Below, piece after piece: positions 18,204-46,122 of a stretch of DNA of 64,000 nt. Source of the DNA: Chrysomallon squamiferum (taxonomy: Eukaryota; Animalia; Mollusca); assembly GCA_012295275.1 (NCBI GenBank), contig CM022671.1, forward strand, positions 34,720,001-34,784,000, given 5' to 3'. The position numbers were made by a program, and so were the translations under genes. Numbering within the stretch: the first letter of the stretch is position 1; each line of letters begins with the position of its first letter. The notes under the pieces are model-generated. The model was not told the DNA's origin, made no database searches, and worked only from the letters and a program-made list of their open reading frames with translations.

Positions 18204-18688
18204 CCATAGTGCCAGTTTGATGTCACCAGGAAAGAATGACAGTCAGAATATATGACTGTCAGTGTCGCTTTGACTGTCAAATTCTAAGTAAACGACTATA
18301 ATATTTGACTGCTACCAAACTATTATATTGACTTTCATAGCACTCTGATTGTGGACACGTCAGGCCGTACACATTCATGAGCCACAATATGTGAATATGT
18401 CAGGGAAAGTTTCACCTTCATGATGACTGATGTTAAATATCAGTGACAGTCAATGACAGTCATTTTATATCAGACAGTCAAAAACTATTGATGTCAGACT
18501 GATATTCCTCTACTGTCAGTTACTGTTATATTGATATATATAATTTCACACTGAAAGTCAGTTACTGTCAAATGACAGTCAGAAAGTCAGATTACTGTCA
18601 GAAAGTCAAACTGCTGTCAGATAGTCATTTACCGTCGGACTGATAGTCATTTACTTGTAGAACGGCTGTTAACTTTGTTAGACTATGG
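18204..18688. mobile_element. Putative non-autonomous DNA transposon (MITE-like) with many TGACAGTCA/TGACTGTCA-type internal motifs
   Basis: Ends CCATAGT (18204) and ACTATGG (18688) are inverted, with further imperfect inverted similarity inside. Dense GACAGTCA/ACTGTCA motifs, no ORF, no clear TSD. Confidence 0.45.
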
Positions 18689-18871
18689 TGAACTTTGTAT
18701 TGCTTTCCGTTAGCAAATAAAATGTTTATACAAGAACTGTTTTAGTACTTTATTTATCGACTTTTTATCATCGTCATCTTCATCATCATAATCATCAATA
18801 GTTTATCATTATTATCAGCTACCTTTATTAGCGTAATCATCATCATACAAATAATTATCCATGGACTATTG

Positions 18872-18921
<50 letters not shown>

Positions 18922-19074
18922 GTTATTGAAGAGATCATAAAATGACTATTTCGTATTCTTTAAATTTTCATTACAAAACGTTCTACAGTTAATGCTCTAT
19001 ATTGGCTTGTCAATTTGTTTTAATTCAAAAATTCTATTTTTCCCCCCTGGTTATTATTATTATTATTATTATTA

Positions 19075-19106
<32 letters not shown>

Positions 19107-19640
19107 TTGTTGTTGTGTTGTTGTTATTGTTGTCGTTGTTTTTCTTTCTTTCCTTCCTTTCTTTTTTATTTATTTATTTATTTATTTATTAATTTTTATT
19201 TTTGTTTTTGTTTTTATTTTTGTTTTTATTAATATTTTTATTTTTAATTTATTTTTATTTTTATTTTTATATTTGTTTTTATTTTTAATTTTATTTTTAT
19301 TTTTATTATTTTTATTTACTTTTTATTTTTATTTTAACTGTTGCAGAAAAATTTAAATGAGTCAAAAAAAAACATATCAGTTTCCACACTTTCCTGAAAA
19401 AAATGCAAAATACCTAAACCCGCCCACTCACTGAGACCAGTTTTAAACAACGTAATTATCTTGTAGAAACTGCTTTAACGATTCTCGCCCTCTCTAACAG
19501 ATAATTACATAAATGTGTACTAGCACGCTCATATATGTTGTTAAAGTCGTACATATACACATGAACACAGAATACACACATACATCCATCCACACGCACA
19601 AACACACACTAACACACGCAGACACACATCAACACAAAAC

Positions 19641-19675
<35 letters not shown>

Positions 19676-20066
19676 TTAGATATATTCTCCGTATATTCGC
19701 CTGTCCACGTATATCAGTTTACAAATACACTTGAGATAATCACACGTCGGACTCAAACGGTAACACAGATACAGTTACAATCTCCGATAACCGCCAACAA
19801 ACACATCTCTTTGCGTAAAATAATATTTTACCTCAGCAGCCTCCGAAACCGCTTAATGAGCGTTTGTGTAGGTTAAGTCACGCAGGGTCACAGTTCACCA
19901 TTCAATAGCCTGATCACAGCGAGCGAAAAACTCGCCTCAGTTTTTACTCGACTCTGGTTTATTTCTGGCGAGCGTGTACGATTTTTTTTTTTCACCCGGA
20001 CGTCAGGATCGACTCCCTTGCTTATTGGTGCGTGGTCGCCATTCATAGTATTTGTGAGCAGCAAAT

Positions 20067-26198
<6,132 letters not shown>

Positions 26199-28329
26199 AT
26201 TTATCTCCCCTGTATAGATTTATCTCCCTTATTACGTAACCGCTACAGCTAAAAGTACACTGTTATTCTAAATTATTATATGCACATTTTATCTATTGTA
26301 GTCGGATTTAATGAGTACATAAATTTTCTTGATTAATTTAAGATTCGTGATAAGAAACAGATGCACATGATTTTGCTTTCAAAAAGTGTTTTAAGGTTGT
26401 GATATATCGATCAATAGAATAGAATGATGGACCCATTAGATCACAGTATCCATCTAAATAACCGCTATAATTATTAGTAAAACTTACTTAAACTACGAGT
26501 AGATTGAGTTAAGCAATATTTTTTTTTTTTATATTTATTTAAAGTAGTTTTCTTTTTTATAACTTAGCACAAATTACTAATGCACACATTTTTCCTAATC
26601 TTGCCGTAATTGTTTTTTTTTTTTATATATATATATTTATATAGTTTTCATTTTGATTTGCTACAATATTTTTACACATTAGTATTCGAATGAGTGTTTT
26701 AGATATAATATTTTATACATCACTTCTGTTTTCTGTAATAAAACATCTATATGAAAGGTTGTGAGATCGGGATTTTGGTTGTTGTTTTGGATGGATTTTT
26801 TTTTTTTTCTTTTTCTTCTCTGAAAGACGTTATTTTTACAGCTTTGTTGTTATTATAATTGTTAAACTATTCTACAGTTATAAGGATGTAATGCAAAAAT
26901 ACTCTTACAATTATTAAAGTAACATATGGCTGAAGGAACAAAACATTTTTTTATTTGATTTTCTTATATTTGTAATGTGTTAATTTAAACCAATCTTTAC
27001 GAAGAATACAATACGTAAAGCCGGTTGGAGTATGTCGTACATCATGACGTCACGTCGTAGACAGAAATACTGAAGTAAACAACATGTACTTAGGTGTGCG
27101 TTGGATTTATCAGTTGTGAAGTAAATGTCATCAGTAGATTTAATTTTGATATTTTTATCTTAAATTTTTGAGCTTTCTCAAAATTGGCAGCGTGCAATAG
27201 CGACTGATACATTTCAGTTTAAAAAATAGAAGTTATTTGTAAACACGTTTATAATCATTTTAATATTTTTGTAATTTTTAGTTTAAACGTTTTGGAATTT
27301 AAAAGAAACTGAGGAGAAATTTACTTAAATAATAGTTATTTTATATTTTATTTTAGATTTTCAACTTGATACTGTCAAATGTTTTGCCATTGTGCATATT
27401 TTTGTTTCTTGTATATGGAGTTGCTTCGGGTTAAGAGTTTTGAGTTTTGTTTTATTTATTTATTTATTTTATACATATAAACATAAATATGTAATACTAG
27501 TTAAAATTTAATTAATGAAAGGTTATCTGAAACGTATATGCAATTACGGACAGGTTTAAAGGACTGAAGTGAAGATCAGTTTGTTTCTCAGTATTTATGC
27601 ACATTTTGTTCGGCAGTACATTCCATTCATAACTCTTTTTATTACTACTTCTTTTGTTTCTAACAAACAGCCAGGCACAAACACAGACGTAAGCTCGTAT
27701 TTTTATTATAAGAACCCTGATTTGATAGTGTATCTGATGTTCATACTTTAAGCCAGACTTTACTAAATATTTTCGTTATTTTATTCTTCTTTTTTTATAT
27801 CTATCTATATATATATATATATATCATATGTGGAAACAGAGATATAATTATTAAATATATTCATCCTTCAGTTACAGAATACTTCAGCGCAAACAAGGGA
27901 GAATTCTCAATATTTAGACAGTTTAAGACAATGTAGACTTTATCTTATTACGTTTCGGATCGTAAGGTCTGTGAAAACTAATCTTTGCGTTTCTCCTTCG
28001 TCTCCTTCCTCCTGGCCAAAGACAAAGGAGCTCCTTAATTTTCTTAGACTATGTACTGAATTAAGTTTACATACCTCCTTTGGCTCCTTATTTTTCTGCC
28101 AAAGATTAAGGAGACAGTTCAACATTCAAACATATTTTCAAAAAAACACTGCTGTAGATTTTAGCTTAATATTTCACTACGTTTTGTATTTTATTAACAT
28201 ATGTTGCTTATTTATCTTTTAATAAAATAATTTCACTTATTACGATATTGTTCGTTATTATTTTCTGTACCTGATGTTATTATTTTTTTAAATTATTATT
28301 ATTAGTAGTAGTCGTAGTAATAGTAGTAA

Positions 28330-28365
<36 letters not shown>

Positions 28366-28902
28366 CAGTATTGTTTATTTATTTGCTTTATTACTTACTT
28401 ATTATCTTTGTCATTATTAATTTTTTATTATATATATTTATTTTTATTTTTTATTTTTTTTAAGTGTCCTGTAATATATAATGCTGAAGCTTATTCTGTT
28501 AATGTATTTGGTAAATATTGTACAGCTACATAGCTCTATTGCATATAATTATCTGAAATAAATCACTATTATATAAAATAAAATAAATGTATACAACGTT
28601 ACGTCCATAAGAAAAAACATAAAAACATTTTATTGGTTACATAAGGCAAAAGAAAAATGAAGAGGTACTGTTAAAAAAAATAAAATAAAAAATAAAAATA
28701 AAAAAATAAACAGAAGGCTAGTTGCAAGAAAATTCCGCTGAATATATTTAACAAGAATATTCGAAGTAATGTTTCCGAATATTGACGAAAAGAAGCGAAT
28801 TGTTACGAATGCTTACATTTATCCCACACATTTTAATGTACGAACTAAAATCATATTCTCATCTAATATTATCAACAATAAACATACATAAAACATTACT
28901 GA

Positions 28903-30769
28903 TTAAATTAATATTGAAATTGTCGATGTTGTTGTTGATGTTGATGTTGATGTTGATGTTGATGTTGATGTTTTTCTAATTCGGCATCTTTTAATGGTTA
29001 CTTCTTGTTGTTGTTTCTGTTCTGCCGAAGTTGTTGTGTTCATGCTGGTTCTGTTGCAGTTGTCGAAGTGGATATCGTTGTAGTTGTAATTGTTCTGTAT
29101 AATTGGTGGTATATATTTTGTAGATTTGATGATTTTATTTCCAGGGACATGAAACTAGGTTAAGAATGAATGAATGAATGAATAAATTAATTAATTAATT
29201 AATGAACGAATGAATGAATGAATGAATACATAAACAAATGAATGAATGATGAATGGCTGAATTAATTAATTAATTATTTAATATTTCCAAAATCCTACAT
29301 AATTTATTAACACGATCAATTAATAATCCATAAATCCAGCTTAAAAAAATATATTTTTTTTAAAATCAAAACTTAAGATTTGAATTCATCAGACATAACA
29401 GTACGTTGTTAAATATAAGAAGAAAAATTAGTAAAGAAATAGACTGAAATTTGAATTTATATTTATATTTTGTCGTATTTTTAAAACTGCTGTATATTAT
29501 TTTACTTATAATCTTAGAAAGTGTTTATTTAAAAACTAAACTCACTGGTTGTTAGCCTTGTGACTCAGGAGGTTTGGGGACCTCGGTGTTGTGTATGGGT
29601 GGCAGATATTTGGGTGGCGCCTGAACAAAAATAATTAAAATGGGAACACATCAGAATATATAACCACTGTGAAATGTTATCATCATCATTATATCATTAT
29701 TATTATTATTGTTGTTGTTATTATTATTATTATTATTATTTCTTATCTTCAGTAGGAGTAGATCTTGTAGCTGTAGGAGTGGACCCTTTCGTTAAAAAAC
29801 TGATTTTGTTATTGGCAGGCGAAGACAGTCAGCAAAATATAATAAATGAATATTAACAACTGTTCCCTGAATATCATATGACCAGCAAAAGATTCTATTA
29901 CTTTTAAAATAATAGTAAGATAAACGTTGTTGTCGTCGTTGTTTACTGATTCTGTCACTACCTGTGATGCCGTGCACAGCGGAGGTGTCGCGGTTACTGG
30001 CTCTGGCGTCAGTGACGGTAGAGCTGTCAAATTGTCGGGTAATCCGTGTCCAGCTGCTGCCGTTGTCGTTGGAGGTGCTAGGAGTGCAGGGGTCAAGGCC
30101 GGCATCGCTGCACTGTGTGCAAGATTTTCCATGAAGTTGACCGATCCGCCAAAAGGTGGCAGCACAATCAAATCTGTTCGGCGCTCTTCCTGGTTGTTTG
30201 GTTGAGTTTGGTTCTGTGATGACTGCTCTTGAGTAGCACCACGTTCTGAAATAAGAAATTTCAGAGCCTAAAATATCTGATTGTTTAATATTTTTAATAT
30301 TTATAACTGAAAGTTAACATGCATGTAAGTAATGGAGCAATTGTTCAAGTTTTATTTTGTGTATTTAACGCACAGGTGGAACGCAGATAAACATATAAAT
30401 CTTAGAAACGTTTGTGTGAACGTCAGTGACAGTCAGTGGGGTTTTTTGTGCAAATAGCCTCGAGTGAATTACTGAGACTTGAAACTCATCAGTTAATGAC
30501 AAGATCGAAATTAATACTCCATCCATCTACTATATAATGACAACTATAACTAGAGGAATATTTTAAATGATAAAATATGGAGTATGTTTGTTTTTAAAAG
30601 CAATAATTCTGTTTAAAGGCTATGCCCTTGTACTTTGAAGATAGGAGCACAAATTAAAAATTAAACAATTCAAGTCAAAAAATAAATATAAATTACGAAA
30701 TGTTTACCATTTGTGTTGTTTCCATTTGACTGAGCTGGCGCAGGTTCCACCCTTCCCAGACCTTTGTAC
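28903..30769 (-). CDS. Probable cytoplasmic-tail exons of the cadherin gene (structure unresolved)
   Basis: Exon-like segments with good splice sites: 30769-30708 (YKGLGRVEPAPAQSNGNNTN), 30245-29962 (ERGATQEQ...LIVLPPFGG...TASQ), 29620-29546 (APPKYLPPIHNTEVPKPPESQG*QP), 29154-28903 (FHVPGNK...KYIPPI...TISILI*). They chain in phase with each other but not directly with the TM exon donor. Minus-strand AATAAA at 28629-28634. Confidence 0.55.
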
Positions 30770-30998
30770 CTGTTAAATAACAATTCAAAGCACGTATCAC
30801 GGTTAATAAGATGTTTTCGTTAATTGCTTTGTAGCTTATTTCCATTTGCATGATGTTAAACAACATTTAAATAACTTGAATTTAACTAATTTAAAATTTA
30901 AGTAAGTGATTTTCTCTGTTTTTCTTGTCTGTAAATCCAGCTTGCGGTTACTGTTCTTTCTAAACCAGTCTAGAAAACGTGTCTTCTCTGTTACTTAC

Positions 30999-40512
<9,514 letters not shown>

Positions 40513-40731
40513 GACCTCTGAGAAACTGAAAATCAGACTGAAACATCAAGTAAAATATCCACATTATCAATAATTCATGTCCACGAATTAGCAAAAGTAA
40601 TTTTTATTCAAAAATGAAATAAGATGAAGTGAAAACAAATCTCTAGATATAATGAAGGGTCTGTAGCCATAGGTTCCAGGATCTATTCTCAGTAGTTCTA
40701 CCATAGTGTTTTCACGTCTATTGAAAACATT

Positions 40732-40779
<48 letters not shown>

Positions 40780-41105
40780 ATATGTATTTGTGTTTATCGT
40801 TCTGTGAAACAAAGACAAAAGAAAGAAAGAAAGAAAAAGAGAAAAAGAGAGAGAAAAAAAAGAGAGAGAGAGAGAGAGAGATTGAATTGTTGAGTTCTAA
40901 AGTTTTGTTCAGTAATATTCGTTCCTTTTAGAATTTTCAGGTAAAAAAAATGGAATAAATATGAAAAATAATATCAGCAAAAGTTAATTATAATTTAATT
41001 CAAATACACAAATAAATAAACAGACAAATTAACAGGCTAATTAATTAATAAAATTACCCTCTTTACGTTCGACCACACGAAGCGTTCAAAACAATGATAA
41101 CTAAA

Positions 41106-41113
41106 TTCTTCTT

Positions 41114-41200
<87 letters not shown>

Positions 41201-41268
41201 TTTATGGCTATTATGACTATTATTATTATTATTATCATTATTATTAATATTACTATTATTATTATTAC

Positions 41269-41326
<58 letters not shown>

Positions 41327-41335
41327 GCTATAATA
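41106..41335. repeat. (CTT)n(TAT)n compound microsatellite
   Basis: Direct observation. Confidence 0.9.
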
Positions 41336-41380
41336 ATTATCATTATCGTCATTGTTTTCACAATTATAAAACAAACTTAC

Positions 41381-41460
41381 CCACAAATTTATCCGGTCTA
41401 AATGAATGTTATGTTTCTCTGTGTTGTTCAGCTTAAAATTTTACAAGATTTTCTGTGATT
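41381..41460 (-). other. Probable non-coding first exon of the cadherin gene
   Basis: Strong minus-strand donor GG|GTAAGT at 41381/41380. The ATG-bearing exon has its own acceptor at 40526, so an upstream exon is required. The 5' boundary is a guess. Confidence 0.5.
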
Positions 41461-41462
41461 CA

Positions 41463-41475
41463 GTTGCTAGGCAAC
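41463..41475. promoter_or_regulatory. RFX X-box-like motif GTTGCTAGGCAAC
   Basis: Near-palindromic match to the RFX X-box consensus, directly upstream of the putative first exon of the cadherin gene. Confidence 0.5.
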
Positions 41476-41686
41476 AGCTGTCAGCTCATTAAAAATTGAA
41501 CGTTCAGATTTGTACATTTTACATAAATTATGCATGCAGTTTAAAATGTCAAAAGGAAACATAGCTGTTTCTTGAAGACAGAACAAAATATTTCTGAAAT
41601 TTGACTGTTGTGTTTTGAGTTCATTGTCTTAGTGATTTACATTTCTTTCTTTCTGCCTTTGTCTCTCTCTGTATTTATCTGTTTGT

Positions 41687-41737
<51 letters not shown>

Positions 41738-41980
41738 TTTGTTTGTTTATTTGTTTGGAGTTCTTTAATAAAAGGAATATTTGTATGTTAGTTTGTAATG
41801 GTCGTTTTTATATGTTTTTTTATCCACGTAAGAAAATACAAACAAATATGCACGTACATTTATATATTTGTGTGTGTGTGCGTGTGTGTGTGTGTGTGTG
41901 TGCGTCTGTGTGTGTATATGTGTGTGTACGTCCGTACGAATGTACGTTTATATAATTTACGAATTCTTTATTTCCTTTCT

Positions 41981-42013
<33 letters not shown>

Positions 42014-42465
42014 AATTATTATTACTATTGTTAACTTCTTCTTTTTTTCAAATAGGTTTTATTTTGTTTATTTTATTTGATTATTTTTCATTTATTTATT
42101 TATATTTATTTTGGTGGGGGTTGGGGGAGATTGTTACGGTTTTTGTTGTTGTTGTTGTGGGAGGTGGATATATGTTTCTTCTGGATTTTATTTTCTTCTC
42201 GTTGTTGTTATTACGAAAACTCTGCGAAAAACTGATTCAAAAGAGAGAAGAAAAGCAAGAATATTGATCACATTAATGATTAAAATCAGTGTGTAATTTT
42301 ATACTCTGTGTGCTTATCATGAATTTACTCCAGAAGAAAAGAAAGAAAAATTCTTTGAAAATCATAAACTGTAGGTTGTTTGTTTTAGTGGGGGGGAGTG
42401 TTTGTTTGTTGTTGTTTTTTTGTGTGTGTTTTGTGTTTTTAAATTATTTATAATTTTTCTTTTTT

Positions 42466-42499
<34 letters not shown>

Positions 42500-42598
42500 T
42501 CTTAGGGGGATTGTTCTAGGTTGTTTTTTTTTTGTTTTTTGTTCTTTTGTGTTTTTTGGCTGTAGTTTTCTTAAGCTGGTGCTCACGTTTTTTTTATT

Positions 42599-42630
<32 letters not shown>

Positions 42631-42749
42631 TTTTTGTAATTGTTTTGTTTTGTAGATTTTTTTGTTGTAGGTTTATTTTTTTATTTTCTATTTATATCAT
42701 AATCATATTCATCTATCAGGGCTCTTACCTTTCAGTTTATTGTTATAAT

Positions 42750-42787
<38 letters not shown>

Positions 42788-44039
42788 TAGTGTGTGTGTG
42801 TGTGGTGTGTGGTGGTGGTGTGTGTGTGTGAAGGAAAGTAACCTGATTTCCTCTAATTGTGTCTTGTGTGTGTGTTGTGTGTGTGTGTGTGTGTGTGTGT
42901 TTGTGTGTGTTTGAAGGAAAAATAATTTTATTTTATTTTATTTTATAGATTTTCAACAAGAGTTTTTGTTGTTAGTTAATTATTAATTAATTATTTTTTA
43001 TTTTATTTTATTTTATTTATTTATTTATTAATTTTATGGATTTTTTTTTTTTTTATTTTTATTATTTGTTTTATTGTTTTTTTGATTTTTAATGATTTTT
43101 ATTTTTGTTGTTGTATATTGTTTTTTGTAAAAGACAGGGTTTTTTTTAAAAGTAAAAGACAAGATAAAAATAAAATGTAAAATTGACAATAAATGATACA
43201 ACACATAATAAAAAAAATTTAAAAATTTAAAAAAAACCTCTAAAATGCACAATAAACAATTAAAATTCCAAAATAACTGAAAAGGTGACAGTTATTTAAT
43301 ACCGCTGGAGGGAAAAAAAAAAAAGAATTAATAACTAGATCAGTCGGAATCCGGAACTTACGTTACAAACCAACGTTAACGGTGGCAAGGAGGGATAATA
43401 TTAGAAAACAACGGTAAATGATTTGAGACTGTCTGGAGAATTAATTTCAACTTTATTCTGTGTGTGATGCGATTTGCTCACAGCTGGGCCAGAAAATTAA
43501 TCATGTTTAGCACGGGGAGTCACAGATAACTCCAATTTAGTCGCGTATTAAAATATTCCGATGCACGGCAGAGCGTGAAAAATGTCTGGCGAGGTAAGAT
43601 ATTTGATGATTGTTACATGTGAGGTGGTCGTAAAAAATCTGGGGTTATGAGATAACATTATTTGGTGGCTGCAAGAAATTTGATGATATAAGAAAGTCGA
43701 TGGTTGTAAAATATTTGGTGGTATACGGTGTTTGATGAGAATGAGACATATGACTGTTTGGTAAAAGACGTGTTGAATAAAAAAGGGACGAAAGGTGAAC
43801 GGAAAATGTCAAAGATACATTAAATGAACGGGGTTTTTTTTGTTTGTTTGTTTACATGTTATTATGTGATACACGTTGAAATATCGTTAACATCACGTTT
43901 AAAACGAATGAAAGAATTTTATCATCTGTTACACAGCTTCACTGCAGTTTTAACTAAAGTACACGAGAGAAAAAAAAAGATTATTTTATCAATCGGTAAA
44001 TTATTTGTAATGTATTACATATAATCAGTGGAGATCTAA

Positions 44040-44215
44040 GCACGTTTATCATGGACCCACAGTTGCTGATCTGCCCGAATATTTTAAACTCACGGGTAGA
44101 GATGTCAGAGAGAGAATGATTTTTTAGATGTACCCATTTTCTTTAGTGTAAGAGTCGACATCAGGACGCGTTCCCGTTATCAGGCTGTTAATTTAACCAT
44201 TGTGCCACATGGCCG
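44040..44215 (-). mobile_element. tRNA-derived SINE relic
   Basis: Minus strand begins CGGCCATGTGGCACAATGGTTAA, a Pol III A-box match. B box degenerate, no tRNA cloverleaf. Confidence 0.4.
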
Positions 44216-45832
44216 TTTAATGTTTTGTATTTAAACTAAGCTATTTACTTACTAATAGTAAACGTTCCATAATAAAATTAACCTATTAACTTACCAAAAG
44301 AACACTATTTGCATACTAAAATTAAATTTTTGCTTACTAAAAGTAAATTTTCCATACTAAACCTAACTTATTTACTAAAAGTGAACTTTTCACCCCAAGA
44401 CTAAACCTGCATGCTTATTAGAAGTAAACTATTTGCGTACCAAAACTAACTGTTAATACGACAAACTTATTTACATTAACGGTGTTAACTCGTTTACACT
44501 AACAACCCACTGAAAAGCGACATCTTCCGAGCCCGGGTCGACATCCCGGTTCGACTTCTGAAAGCCATCCGCTCGCAAAACGAGGTTAAACCCGTAGCTT
44601 GTTTTTCGCGCGTGACGTTCTGATCCCGGGGTATATTCACGACTGTTTATACTTCTCCGTAGCTAATGGAATTGGTCTGTCTACACTGAGAAAGTTTTCA
44701 CTCAAATTAATGAGGTTAGTGGCAGAATCACGACCAATTCGCGAGGCCAGCCGCTGCCTAAAGTAGATTTGTGCCGTGGCCGTGATTTCGTTAAGCCGGT
44801 CAAAGGTTGATTAGGGAGAGTGACCTTACATACAGTTTGTCCACATCTAGGTGGACGTGTTAGCAATACGAGATTCATGTTCGTGTTGAGTTTTCTTTGT
44901 CGGATTCGTTTAATGAATTTGTTTGTTAATAGTCTGTACGCATTCTGTAATTTTTAGAGTGATGGTTGTTGTTGTCATCGTTCTTTGTCTTGTTGTAGTG
45001 ATGAGAAGGAGTAGTAGATGAATTAGGAATAGTAGCAGTAGTAGAATAACAGTAGGAATAAAAGTGTTAATAATTGTAGAAGTACTCGTAGTAGTAGTAG
45101 AAGTAGCAATAGTAGTAACAGTAGTAGTGATTTTTTGAAAGGCGTTTATTTATTTGTTCATTGCTTTTGTTTGTTTTGTTGTTTTGTTTTGTAGTTTTGT
45201 TGTTGTTTTTTTTTTTTTTTTGTGCGTGTGTTTTTATATTTGGAATGAATATTTTCAGTTAAAGGTATATTGACTAAGATAATAATTCTTCGAAATTTGA
45301 ATCTCATAGATTCTCATTTGTCGCGAGAGTTACACTTAAAGAACATGCTGGAACACTGAACTCAATATATTTTTAAAAATCAAAAAAAAAAAAAAAATCT
45401 GCTTGCAGCTTTAATTTACTTTACCAGGAAGAAGAAAGGGGAAAAAAAAAAAAAAAAAAATTAACAAAAAATAGAAATGACTAGCGAAACAGAATAAAGT
45501 AGTAAAAACGGGATAGGTGTTAAAAATAGAAGACCTAATTGTTTCGAGTTGGTTTAGCATTCGTTAACGCCACTTCTGTCTACATCGGCAATTATCGGCT
45601 GGTCCCCGTGGTTTAAAAAGTAATCGGCTTTTCAATTTAAAACGTATCAGTGTGCAAATGAGACGAGACGTTGCCGCCAGTGAACACGGCAACGTAACGC
45701 GCCACAAATGCCCGGATGTCTCGAGTCCTCCCAAAGCGTGACAGCAGAAATTACTTACAAGTAAATTGCTATCGATTTAGGCAAATCCTTGAAACTGTGG
45801 GCGTCTGTGGACTTGTCTAGAAAGTGTCGATA

Positions 45833-46122
45833 TATGTTAACAGTATGTAAATGTGTTTAGAATATGTAAAATATGTTTAGAATATGTAAAACACGTTTAG
45901 ATTATGTAAAACATGTTTAGAACATGTAAATATGTTTAGAATATGTAAATATGTTAAGAATACGTAAATATGTTTAAATACGTAAATATGTTTAGAATAT
46001 GTAAACATGTTTAGAATATGTAAATGTTTAGAATAGGTAAACATGTTTAGAATATGTAAACATGTTAAGAATAATATGTAAATATTTAGAATAGGTAAAT
46101 ATGTTAAGAATAGTAAATATGT
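45833..46122. repeat. ~19-20-bp minisatellite (TGTTTAGAATATGTAAACA-like)
   Basis: More than a dozen degenerate tandem copies are visible; explains the spurious 133-aa ORF. Confidence 0.9.

Noticed and set aside
27940-28125. Minus-strand 61-aa ORF as an additional cadherin exon
   Set aside because: It lies beyond the likely poly(A) signal, and I found no consistent splice path into it.
44588-44604. AACCCGTAG resembling the start of miR-100
   Set aside because: The match stops after 9 nt and there is no hairpin; I recognised no conserved bilaterian miRNA in the window by eye.
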